Part shown: piece by piece, positions 36,715-45,250 of the stretch | How positions within the stretch are numbered: the first letter of the stretch is position 1 | How the letters are laid out: every line of letters starts with the position of its first letter | NCBI GenBank assembly: GCA_017508605.1 | Contig: JAFVYN010000175.1 | Span: 1-49,149 of the forward strand | DNA from: Clostridia bacterium | Lineage (GTDB): Bacteria > Bacillota > Clostridia > Oscillospirales > CAG-272 | Reading direction: 5' to 3' | Length of the DNA stretch: 49,149 nucleotides | Program-made: the position numbers and the translations under genes | Notes under the pieces: model-generated | Database searches by the model: none | What the model saw: the letters and a program-made list of their open reading frames with translations, nothing else | Told to the model about the DNA's origin: nothing

Positions 36715-37533
36715 ATGTTCATTCCGATCTTAACTGCATTTCTGGTGGTCGTGGCGGTCGGTCTTGTCGCTTCGATCCTCTTATCCCTGGTATCCCGCTA
36801 TTTCGGTGTGGAAAAAGACCACAGAGAAGCCGAGCTTCGTGCCATTTTGCCCGGTGTCAACTGCGGTGCCTGCGGCTTCAAGGGCTGTGACGATTACGCC
36901 AAAGCGCTGGCAAACGGCACTGCCAAGCCCAATCTCTGTACCCCCGGCGCGGCGGCTGTTGCCGAAGAGCTGGCACAGTATCTCGGCGTTGAACCCGAAG
37001 TGCCGAAGGATGTGGTTGCCTTCGTGCATTGCAACGGCAACTGCGAGGTCGCAAAGCTCGATTATCAGTATGACGGCATTCACTCCTGCTCGGCGGCAAA
37101 CGCCATGTACGGCGGACAGTTTCTCTGCAAATTCGGCTGTCTCGGCTTTGGCGACTGCGCCAACGCCTGCCCGAACGATGCCATCTGCATTGATGACGGC
37201 ATTGCGCACGTTGATACCTCGCGCTGTCTCGGTTGCGGCATCTGTGCCGCGGCATGTCCCAAAAAGATCATCACCATGGTGCCCCAGGAGGCGCGCACGG
37301 TCGTGATGTGCCGAAATCACGATAAGGGTGCTGACGCGCGTAAGGCCTGTGCCAACGCCTGCATCGGCTGTCACAAATGCGAAAAGAACTGTCCCGTCGG
37401 GGCGATCAAGGTGCAGAATAATCTGGCAATCATTGATTATGAGATCTGTACCTATTGCGGCAAATGTGCCGAGGTGTGCCCGACGCACTGCATCAAGGAA
37501 GTGTATTTCCCCGATCTCGGAGAAAAAGCATGA
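36715..37533 (+). CDS. rnfB: Rnf complex subunit B
   Basis: LPGVNCGACGFKGC and several CxxCxxCxxxCP ferredoxin motifs. Confidence 0.95.
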   Translation: MFIPILTAFLVVVAVGLVASILLSLVSRYFGVEKDHREAELRAILPGVNCGACGFKGCDDYAKALANGTAKPNLCTPGAAAVAEELAQYLGVEPEVPKDVVAFVHCNGNCEVAKLDYQYDGIHSCSAANAMYGGQFLCKFGCLGFGDCANACPNDAICIDDGIAHVDTSRCLGCGICAAACPKKIITMVPQEARTVVMCRNHDKGADARKACANACIGCHKCEKNCPVGAIKVQNNLAIIDYEICTYCGKCAEVCPTHCIKEVYFPDLGEKA

Positions 37534-37913
37534 CATCCCGTCTTCATCGGGCGAGGCGAAACGATATCCTTCTGATCGCCTCGCTCGTTTTCCTTGCCCT
37601 TGTCGGCATTTTGCTCTCCCTTTTTCTTCGCCGTGACGGCGCGTACTGCGTGATCACGAAAAACGGCGAGGAGGTCGGGCGCTTTTCTCTCTCTGCCGAC
37701 AGAGAGATCACGTATTACGAGGAGGACGGTGTGGGCTTTAACACCGTCCGGATCGAAAACGGCAGAGTATCGGTGACTGCGGCGAGCTGTCCCGATAAGA
37801 TCTGCGTCAGAAGCCGTGCCATACGGTATCACGGCGAAACGGTTGTCTGTCTGCCCCACGGCCTTGTCGTCACGGTATACGGCGATGAGGAGGGTCCTGA
37901 CATAATCGTGTGA
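37530..37913 (+). CDS. NusG domain II-containing membrane protein
   Basis: N-terminal TM; NTVRIENG.V...ASCPDKICV...VVCLPH; ATG 37530 overlaps the rnfB stop. Confidence 0.88.
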   Translation: MTSRLHRARRNDILLIASLVFLALVGILLSLFLRRDGAYCVITKNGEEVGRFSLSADREITYYEEDGVGFNTVRIENGRVSVTAASCPDKICVRSRAIRYHGETVVCLPHGLVVTVYGDEEGPDIIV

Positions 37914-37927
37914 AAGCTGGACATACT

Positions 37928-38440
37928 ATGAGCGAAAAAACCAAAAAACTCACCTTTTTAGCCCTTTCCTGCACGCTCGCTTTGATGCTTTCCTATATTG
38001 AATCGCTGTTACCTCCTGTTGTGACAAGCGTGCCGGGCATCAAAATGGGGCTTGCCAATCTTGTGATCATCACCGTACTCTATCTGTACGGGCTGAAGGA
38101 GGCGGCGGCTGTGTCGCTTCTTCGGTTGGTTATGACCTTTCTTCTGTTCGGAAATCCGCTGACTGCCCTGTATTCGCTGGCAGGGGCTGTGATCAGTCTT
38201 CTTGCCATGGCGCTCTTCAAAAGGCTTCGCCTGTTTTCCACGGTCGGTGTCTCTGTCACGGGAGGTGTTCTTCACAATCTCGGGCAGATCCTTGTGGCGA
38301 TCGTTTTATTCGATTCCTTGTCGATCGGCTATTACATGCTGATCCTCACACTGACGGGAACGCTGGCGGGCGCTCTGATCGGCATAACGGCGTCTTTTCT
38401 GATCAAACGTCTGGAAAACGTATATAAACATCATTCATAA
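37928..38440 (+). CDS. Gx transporter family protein (often annotated heptaprenyl diphosphate synthase component I)
   Basis: LSYIESLLP, PGIKMGLAN, GVSVTGGVLHNLGQ; start may be GTG 37910. Confidence 0.88.
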   Translation: MSEKTKKLTFLALSCTLALMLSYIESLLPPVVTSVPGIKMGLANLVIITVLYLYGLKEAAAVSLLRLVMTFLLFGNPLTALYSLAGAVISLLAMALFKRLRLFSTVGVSVTGGVLHNLGQILVAIVLFDSLSIGYYMLILTLTGTLAGALIGITASFLIKRLENVYKHHS

Positions 38441-38451
38441 CGGAGGTTTTT

Positions 38452-39210
38452 ATGAAAAAACTCATTTCTCTTCTGCTTCTTCTTACCACCTGTCTTTCTC
38501 TTTTCGCCATGACGTCCTGCGGTTCGGAATACCGTTTGGGTCTTGGCGTGATCTACAACGCAACCAACCCCACCGATGCTTTGGGTGGTGAAGGTGACGA
38601 GGTCGACCTCGGTGTTACCACCGCCACCTACACCGTCTGCGCCATGACGCTTGACAAGGACGGCAAGATCGTTGCCTGCACCTTTGACACCCTGGAGACC
38701 AAGCTTCAGTATTCCCATGACGGCAAGGCTGTTGAGATCACGAGCCTCAAGACCAAGCGCGAGCAGGGTAAGGGCTACGGCATGGTCGAGTGGGGCGGCT
38801 CCACGCTCGAATGGTTCGAGCAGGCTGACGCCTTCGCTACCGTTCTCGTCGGCAAGACCAAGGGCGACATCGCTTCTCTGGCAACGGCTGACGGCAAGGG
38901 TAACAGCGACGTGATCACCGCGGGCTGCACCATCACGGTTTCGGACTTCGTCAAGGCTGCCGAAAAGGCATATGCCGCCGCTGAATCGGGCACGGTCGTC
39001 AAGGACAGCGCGGTCACGCTTTCGGTCAACAGCACCCAGACCAAGGCTGACGCGACGGCTGACGCAAACGGCAACGTAACGGTCAACACCACCTTCGAGG
39101 CTTCTGTGGGCGGCAATAAGGTATCGGCTTCCTACAAGGCGGCTGTCACCTTCGACGCAAGCGGCAAGGCTACCGTTCCCGCTGACGGCGTCATCACCGC
39201 GGCAAACTGA
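38452..39210 (+). CDS. Lipoprotein with a putative extracytosolic FMN-binding domain
   Basis: Lipobox MTS-C; KTKREQG..YGM...EWFEQADAF...GKT...TAGCTI.VSDF; adjacent to apbE. Confidence 0.65.
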   Translation: MKKLISLLLLLTTCLSLFAMTSCGSEYRLGLGVIYNATNPTDALGGEGDEVDLGVTTATYTVCAMTLDKDGKIVACTFDTLETKLQYSHDGKAVEITSLKTKREQGKGYGMVEWGGSTLEWFEQADAFATVLVGKTKGDIASLATADGKGNSDVITAGCTITVSDFVKAAEKAYAAAESGTVVKDSAVTLSVNSTQTKADATADANGNVTVNTTFEASVGGNKVSASYKAAVTFDASGKATVPADGVITAAN

Positions 39211-39250
39211 TCTCCTTCACAATATCCTGACGGCTGATCCTCCTACAGCA

Positions 39251-40276
39251 ATGAAACGGTTTTTCGCTTGTTTTCTCGCGTGTCTTCTTCTGATCCCGCT
39301 TGCGTCCTGCGGCGGGATCGGAGGGGGCAATGAAAAGTATACCGCTTACACACTTGACTACTTCGATACGGTAACGACGGTGATCGGCTACGCTGACTCC
39401 AAAGAGGCGTTCGATCTCGTTGCCAATGACATATTCGCGACACTGCGCCGCTACCACGAGCTGTTTTCGATCTATGACAGCGTGGACGGTATCAACAATC
39501 TCAAAACCTTGAATGAAGAACGCTCGGCGGTCGTTTCCGAGGAGCTTCTCGATTTTCTTGAATACGGCAAGGCGATGTACGAAAAGACCGACCGACGGAT
39601 GAATATCGGTATGGGCGCGGTCCTTTCTCTCTGGCACAAGGCACGGGAAGAGGGTCTTCTCGATCCCGTCAAAGCCGCTTTGCCCGATGAAGAGGCGCTC
39701 AGGGAGGCGTCGCTTCACTGCGATCTTGACGCGCTTGTCCTCGACCGACAGACGATGACAGCTACCCTGACCGATGACAAAATGCTCCTCGACGTAGGGG
39801 CGCTCGGCAAGGGCTATGCCGTGGAAATGGCGGCAAAACAGCTCGAGGAGGCGGGCATCACGGGATATATCCTCAACGCGGGCGGGAACGTCCGCACGGT
39901 GGGAACACGTGCCGACGGCTCTTTCTGGCTTGTCGGTGTGGAGGATCCGAACCGTGAGGGTGAGTATCTTTCGACCGTCCCGGTTGCTGATGCTTCGCTC
40001 GTGACGAGCGGCTCATATATGCGCTATTACTACGTCAAGGGTAAGGCGTATCATCACATCATTTCCCCCGATACTCTGATGCCGAGCGAGTTTTTCGTCT
40101 CGCTGACCGTACTTTGCCGTGATTCCGCCGAGGCAGACGCCCTTTCGACGGCGCTGTTCACGGTGAGCTATGAGGAAGGCCTCAGAATGCTTGAGAATTT
40201 TCCCGATGCCGAGGTACTTTGGCTCTTTCCCGACGGAGAGATCAGAACCACCGAGGGCTGGCAGGGTGAAATGTAA
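39251..40276 (+). CDS. apbE: FAD:protein FMN transferase lipoprotein
   Basis: Lipobox LAS-C; FDT, DVGALGKGYA, NAGGN, VTSG.Y.RY, YHHII.P.T, ADALSTALF. Confidence 0.95.
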   Translation: MKRFFACFLACLLLIPLASCGGIGGGNEKYTAYTLDYFDTVTTVIGYADSKEAFDLVANDIFATLRRYHELFSIYDSVDGINNLKTLNEERSAVVSEELLDFLEYGKAMYEKTDRRMNIGMGAVLSLWHKAREEGLLDPVKAALPDEEALREASLHCDLDALVLDRQTMTATLTDDKMLLDVGALGKGYAVEMAAKQLEEAGITGYILNAGGNVRTVGTRADGSFWLVGVEDPNREGEYLSTVPVADASLVTSGSYMRYYYVKGKAYHHIISPDTLMPSEFFVSLTVLCRDSAEADALSTALFTVSYEEGLRMLENFPDAEVLWLFPDGEIRTTEGWQGEM

Positions 40277-40298
40277 AATCAAAATCAAATTTTCCATG

Positions 40299-40359
40299 AA
40301 AATACTGCTATTTTTGTCTTCCTGTGCTAAAATGAAGACAAAAACAGCAGTATTTTTTT
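40299..40359 (+). terminator. 23-bp-arm inverted repeat after apbE; terminator and/or operator overlapping the next promoter
   Basis: AAAATACTGCTATTTTTGTCTTC-ctgtgctaaaat-GAAGACAAAAACAGCAGTATTTT, ending in a T-run. Confidence 0.65.
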
Positions 40360-40375
40360 GATGGGAGGAACTCAC

Positions 40376-41157
40376 GTGGCATATTTTTGGGAAACAAGCG
40401 GCTCGATCCCGAAGGGGCATGGCTTTTCGCTGTTTGACGGAACGCACCTGTTCTGGCTTTTCCTGTGTCTTGCGGCGGCGGTCATTGTGCCGTATACCTA
40501 CCGTAGATGCTCGGCATCCGGGCGTAGGCGCTACCGCCGTGTGATGGCGCTCCTCATCCTTGCCGATGAGCTTGGCAAATGGATCATGCTGCTCTCAACC
40601 GGGCTGTTTACGAAGAATTATCTCCCCTTTCAGCTTTGCACGATCAATATTTTCATCATTCTGATCCACATGGTTCTGCCGAAAAAGTCATTGCGGATTT
40701 TCTCTACGCCGTCTGTCTACCCGGCGCTTTGCTCGCCATCGTTTGTCCGTCCTGGACGAAGCTGCCCTTACTCAATTTCATGCACATCCACTCCTCGACG
40801 ATCCACATTCTGCTCTTTTTGTATCCCCTGATGCTGGTGGCGGCGGGCGAGGTCTCGCCACGGTTCCGTGACGCGTGGAAATATCTTCTCATTCTTCTGG
40901 CGCTTGCCGTTCCCGCCGTGATTGCCAATCTGACGCTCGGCACAAATTACATGTTCCTCGCAGAGCCCGATGCCGCCATTCTGCCGATCTTTGAAAAGCT
41001 CTTCGGCAACCATCTCGTTGGCTTTCCGATCCTGCTTGCCGTTTTATGGGGTTGTCTTTTCACACCGTTTGAGATCCTCAGGTCGCGCCGCAGATCGGCG
41101 GAAGACAAAAAGAAAAACCAAAAGGAAGACAGCGCTTGTGATCGTGTTTCGGCGTGA
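40376..41157 (+). pseudogene. YwaF/TMEM164-like integral membrane protein split by a -1 frameshift at A5 (40682-40686)
   Basis: Frame 1: FSLFDGTHLFWL...YLPFQLC. Frame 2: GALLAIVCPSW...HSSTIH...GTNYMFL. GGAGG RBS and GTG 40376. Confidence 0.8.
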
Positions 41158-41163
41158 TTATCA

Positions 41164-41200
41164 AAAATCCTCTTTTTTGAAAAGAGGGTTTTTGTTTTTT
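41164..41200 (+). terminator. Intrinsic terminator
   Basis: AAAATCCTCTTTT-ttg-AAAAGAGGGTTTT followed by T-runs. Confidence 0.65.
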
Positions 41201-41252
41201 TAAAATTGTTGCTCTTTGAAGAAAATTATTAGAATATTTTCACAAAAAACTC

Positions 41253-41282
41253 TTTACAAACGCACCTTTTCTGTGTTAGAAT
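41253..41282 (+). promoter_or_regulatory. Probable sigmaA promoter of the large secreted protein
   Basis: TTTACA-18 nt-TAGAAT with TG extension. Confidence 0.5.
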
Positions 41283-41324
41283 GAACACAGCATATCCCTA
41301 TTTTATCCAAAGTGAGGAATCTGT

Positions 41325-44300
41325 ATGAAGATCAAAAGTATCATATCCCTTATGCTTGCTTTGATCCTTGTCGTCTCGACGGCGATCCTTCTCGGTACGT
41401 TCTCTTTGAATGCCGCAGAAAGCGACATCGCGAGTGCTGAGGATTTTATGGCAATGACAGACGGCAGCTATACGCTGACCGAAGACATCACCCTGACGGA
41501 GACGCTTGCTTCCTTCTCGGGTACGCTTGACGGTAACGGTCATACCATCACCGTTTCGGCACCCGTTTTTGCGGAGCTGACGGGTACGGTCAAGAATCTT
41601 ACCGTCGCGGGCGCGATCGAGATCACCGAGGGCGGTAATGTCGGCGCTCTGGCAAGTGTTGTCAGCGGCGCGACCGTAGAGGGCGTGACCTCGACGGTTA
41701 CCTTTACAGGCTCGGCAAACGGCAGCGTTCTTGTCGTTGGCGGTGTTGTCGGTAAGGTAAGCGCTTCGACGGTCTCGAAGTCGGTCTTTGACGGCAGTAT
41801 TGACGTTAAGGACATCGCTCACGGCGAAAACTCCAACGGTATCGGCGGTGTTGCCGGCTTTATCGAAAACGAGACCACGGTATCCGAATGTATCAACAAG
41901 GGTTCTGTCAAGACCACTGCCTCCGCGACCTCTAACAAGGGCCCTCAGGGCGGCGTTGTCGGTTTCGGTCAGAGCTCGACCATCACCAAGTGCATCAACA
42001 CCGGTGACGTTACGGCTGATGCCTCCAAGTTTACCATCGGCGGTATTCTCGGCAGAAACCAGCCTACGACGGGCAAGCCCATTTATATCACCTACTGTGC
42101 CAATACCGGCGCGATCACCAAGACCAACAGTGCGGGTGAGCATGCGGCGGGTATTGTCGGTTACTTCAAATACGGCTCGATCAAGTATTCGTACAACAGC
42201 GGCACCATTGCCAATTCGAACGGTAATGCCGGCGGTATCTTTGGTTATATCAACGTTGCCTCTGACGTTGTCAATAATTTTGATATCAGCTGTAACTACA
42301 ATATCGGTACCGCTCCGTTCGGCATCGGTTTTTCCAAAAATGACAGCCTGGCAACCTTTATCGCAAAGGACAATTACTATCTCTCGACGGCAGCTGCCGA
42401 AAGCGGTTCTTCCAACAAGCTGAAGGGTACGACAGTTGACAGTGCCGAGGCGCTCAACGCCATCGTTCTGGCATATGAAGAAACGCCCTTCGTTGTCGAT
42501 CCTGACTCGAATAACGGCTTTGCCGTTTTCTCCTGGCAATGCACACACTCGGGTGAGCTTGAACCCTCCTGTGTCGGTAATGTTTGCGCGATCTGCGGCG
42601 CGCTTGTCGACGAAAACGGCTCGGGTAAGCATCAGTATCCCGACACGTGGACGACGGTTGATCCCGCGACCGTGACTGAGGACGGCTCGGAAGAGCGTGT
42701 TTGTACGGTCTGCGGCGCTACCGAGACCAAGGTGATCGACGCCCTTGGCAAGATTACTCCCGTTGACGGCGTATACGGTGTTACCACCGAGGATCAGCTT
42801 GTCTGGCTCGTTTACGGTATCAACAACGGCACGCTTGATGCGGATATTTCAATCGCCCTCAAGGCGGATATCACGCTGACCAACGGTCTTGACATGATCA
42901 CGACCACCTTCAAGGGCAGCTTTGACGGCGAAAATCACACTCTTTCGGGTCTTACTAATGTTCTTTTCAAGAGAGTTGAGGGTTCGTTCGTCTTCAAGAA
43001 CGTCACGCTCAACGGTGACGTTGATTGCACCGCGTATACCGACGGTGACGTACATAAGCGTGCGGCAACGATCACGGCTTATGCCGCAAGAGGCTATCTC
43101 GTCGAAAACGTCGTTTCGAACGTCAACATCAAGGTGAACACCACCGATCTGAACGCAGGCGGTCTTCTCGGCTTTGCCAACGCGGGTACTGTCAGAAACT
43201 GCACCTATGCCGGCACCTATACCGTCAACTGGACTTCGGGTAAGGCGGGTGCGCTCGGCGGTATCATCGGCTGGTTGAACGATGACGGTAAGGAAAGCAC
43301 AGTCACCGACTGCGCCTTCACGGGCAAATTCGTGCTGACCAACAGCGAAGAGACCGATAAGACCATGTATGCCGGCGGTATCGTCGGTTGGGTCAGAAAC
43401 GATAGCGCCAAAGACAAGATCATCGGCTGTGTCAACACGGGTACCTTTGAGGTAACGGCAACCGGCTCCGCGATCTACGTCGGCGGTATCGTGGGCGGCT
43501 TCAAGAAGGTCGCTTCCAACGTGCTTCAGGACTCTGTTTTCAACGGCACGATCACGGCTGATGCCGCTAAGGTCGGCACACTCGTCGGTCTTGCGGGCGG
43601 CGAAGTTCCCACCACCAACTGCGTTTCTCTCAAGGAAGGCGCGCTTGTCGGTGAGGGTACGCTTGCGCTGACTGACTGCTATGACGGTGCGTCGGTTGAA
43701 AAGATCGGCGGCGCTATCGTCAGAGAAGGCGTGACCTATCAGAAATATAATTTCGGCTATCTCAATGAGACGACCTCCGCTCTCGTTGATCCCGCCGATA
43801 TCCCCGCAGGCAGCTTTAACGGTACCTGCACAGAGGGTGATGACGGCGTATGGACCATCGCAACCGATGAATTTGCCGCTTTCATCTCCGCGAGAAACGG
43901 CAAGCAGGCAACGATGAGCGACCTTCGTTTCGTTATTGCGGCGGATCTTGACACCCTGGCAAACTACAGCGATCTTTACGTGACCATTACCTTCACGAAG
44001 GGTGACGCTACCGTGGTCACCCTGACCAAGAAGCTTGTGGAAGACCTTTCGGTCTACCTCTCGGTCCAGGCGGCAGGTCTCTCCTATACCGCCGCTGAAA
44101 ATGACGTTCTCTTCGGTCAGATCATCACCGACGTTCCCAACACCGCTTGGGATTCGGTCACCCTGATGCTGACTGACGGCGAGCTTCCCCTTGTCAAGGG
44201 CGCGATCACGCCCGAAGACGCGGGTGCTGTGACCGACGGTATCGATCTTAGGGCAAGCGGCATGAGCAATCTTGCCATTGAAGATCATCATGACATGCAT

Positions 44301-45098
44301 GACAAAAATCTCGCTCTCGCGTTCTATCTCGGTGATACCACCGCTTGGAGCGCTCTGTACAATTCGGGTACTCCCGTCAGCGAAAACGGACTCTGGACGC
44401 TGAACGAGGGTTATACCGCGACGGTCATCGTAAACGGTAAGGTCACCGACGCCAACAGATATTCTTACTACGGCTTCAAGGACGGTGACGTTGTCACGCG
44501 CGGCTTCTTCCGCTTCGAGCTTGGCGCGTTCTCGCTCTTTACGACCGACGGCATTACCTGTAAGCTGAACGTCAGCGTGACGATCAAAGATCCCAACGGC
44601 GACGTCGTATGCTATGCGGAATTCAGCGATCTTTCGTATTCGACGCTTGATTACACGCCCGATGCCGACAATCCCGGCAAGTCGATCCTTGCGGTAACGC
44701 CCATTAGCGGTCCCGCTTCGGGCGAAAACGAAGGCTTTGAAAAGCTCTTCGATACCAAAACGAACACCAAGCTCTGCAAGACTGACAGAACGCCTGTGAT
44801 CTTCTCGCTGGAAGAGGCAAAGGCGCTCAGCGGTATTTCGCTTCTGACGGCAAACGATAACGCTGCGTATACCGGCAGACTGGTTTCGGGCTTCACGGTC
44901 TACGGCTGTGCCACCAACAGCACCACCGATTCCGATTGGGCAGTTGTTCTCGACGTGGATAACGCCGGTATGTCCGACGTGAACTTCACCGAATACTACT
45001 ACGCCATCGACGGCGCTTCGGCATATTCGTATTACAAGATCGTATTCGACGGCACCAACCTGATCCAGCTCTCCGAGCTGTGGGTATACGCCGACTGA
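41325..45098 (+). CDS. Large secreted protein: two GLUG-type beta-solenoid regions, a Cys/His-rich linker and a C-terminal discoidin/F5-8C-like domain
   Basis: Signal peptide ...SLNA; F.G.lDG..HTI twice; many GGIVG / C.N.G repeats; CAICG...H...CTVCG; LFD....TK.C, LTAND, YYKIVF, QLSELW. Confidence 0.8.
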   Translation: MKIKSIISLMLALILVVSTAILLGTFSLNAAESDIASAEDFMAMTDGSYTLTEDITLTETLASFSGTLDGNGHTITVSAPVFAELTGTVKNLTVAGAIEITEGGNVGALASVVSGATVEGVTSTVTFTGSANGSVLVVGGVVGKVSASTVSKSVFDGSIDVKDIAHGENSNGIGGVAGFIENETTVSECINKGSVKTTASATSNKGPQGGVVGFGQSSTITKCINTGDVTADASKFTIGGILGRNQPTTGKPIYITYCANTGAITKTNSAGEHAAGIVGYFKYGSIKYSYNSGTIANSNGNAGGIFGYINVASDVVNNFDISCNYNIGTAPFGIGFSKNDSLATFIAKDNYYLSTAAAESGSSNKLKGTTVDSAEALNAIVLAYEETPFVVDPDSNNGFAVFSWQCTHSGELEPSCVGNVCAICGALVDENGSGKHQYPDTWTTVDPATVTEDGSEERVCTVCGATETKVIDALGKITPVDGVYGVTTEDQLVWLVYGINNGTLDADISIALKADITLTNGLDMITTTFKGSFDGENHTLSGLTNVLFKRVEGSFVFKNVTLNGDVDCTAYTDGDVHKRAATITAYAARGYLVENVVSNVNIKVNTTDLNAGGLLGFANAGTVRNCTYAGTYTVNWTSGKAGALGGIIGWLNDDGKESTVTDCAFTGKFVLTNSEETDKTMYAGGIVGWVRNDSAKDKIIGCVNTGTFEVTATGSAIYVGGIVGGFKKVASNVLQDSVFNGTITADAAKVGTLVGLAGGEVPTTNCVSLKEGALVGEGTLALTDCYDGASVEKIGGAIVREGVTYQKYNFGYLNETTSALVDPADIPAGSFNGTCTEGDDGVWTIATDEFAAFISARNGKQATMSDLRFVIAADLDTLANYSDLYVTITFTKGDATVVTLTKKLVEDLSVYLSVQAAGLSYTAAENDVLFGQIITDVPNTAWDSVTLMLTDGELPLVKGAITPEDAGAVTDGIDLRASGMSNLAIEDHHDMHDKNLALAFYLGDTTAWSALYNSGTPVSENGLWTLNEGYTATVIVNGKVTDANRYSYYGFKDGDVVTRGFFRFELGAFSLFTTDGITCKLNVSVTIKDPNGDVVCYAEFSDLSYSTLDYTPDADNPGKSILAVTPISGPASGENEGFEKLFDTKTNTKLCKTDRTPVIFSLEEAKALSGISLLTANDNAAYTGRLVSGFTVYGCATNSTTDSDWAVVLDVDNAGMSDVNFTEYYYAIDGASAYSYYKIVFDGTNLIQLSELWVYAD

Positions 45099-45113
45099 TC
45101 CTTTCCCATAACG

Positions 45114-45155
45114 AAAGGCTGTCGCAAATGAGACATCATTTGCGGCAGCCTTTTT
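45114..45155. terminator. Terminator between convergent genes
   Basis: AAAGGCTGTCGCAAATGA-gaca-TCATTTGCGGCAGCCTTTTT. Confidence 0.85.
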
Positions 45156-45250
45156 GCGTGAAAGCGTGTTTTATGGGTGCGCGGCGGGAGTTTGGGGGAG
45201 GTGACGGGGATTTTGGGCGATAGGGAGGGTTTTGGTGTCTTTGCCCGGGA

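Noticed and set aside
41228-41245. Rex-like site ATTAGAA-TATT-TTCACAA
   Set aside because: Only the right half matches, in an AT-rich context.
41298-44300. Minus-strand ORFs of 444 and 483 aa
   Set aside because: Antisense shadows of the 1257-aa gene.
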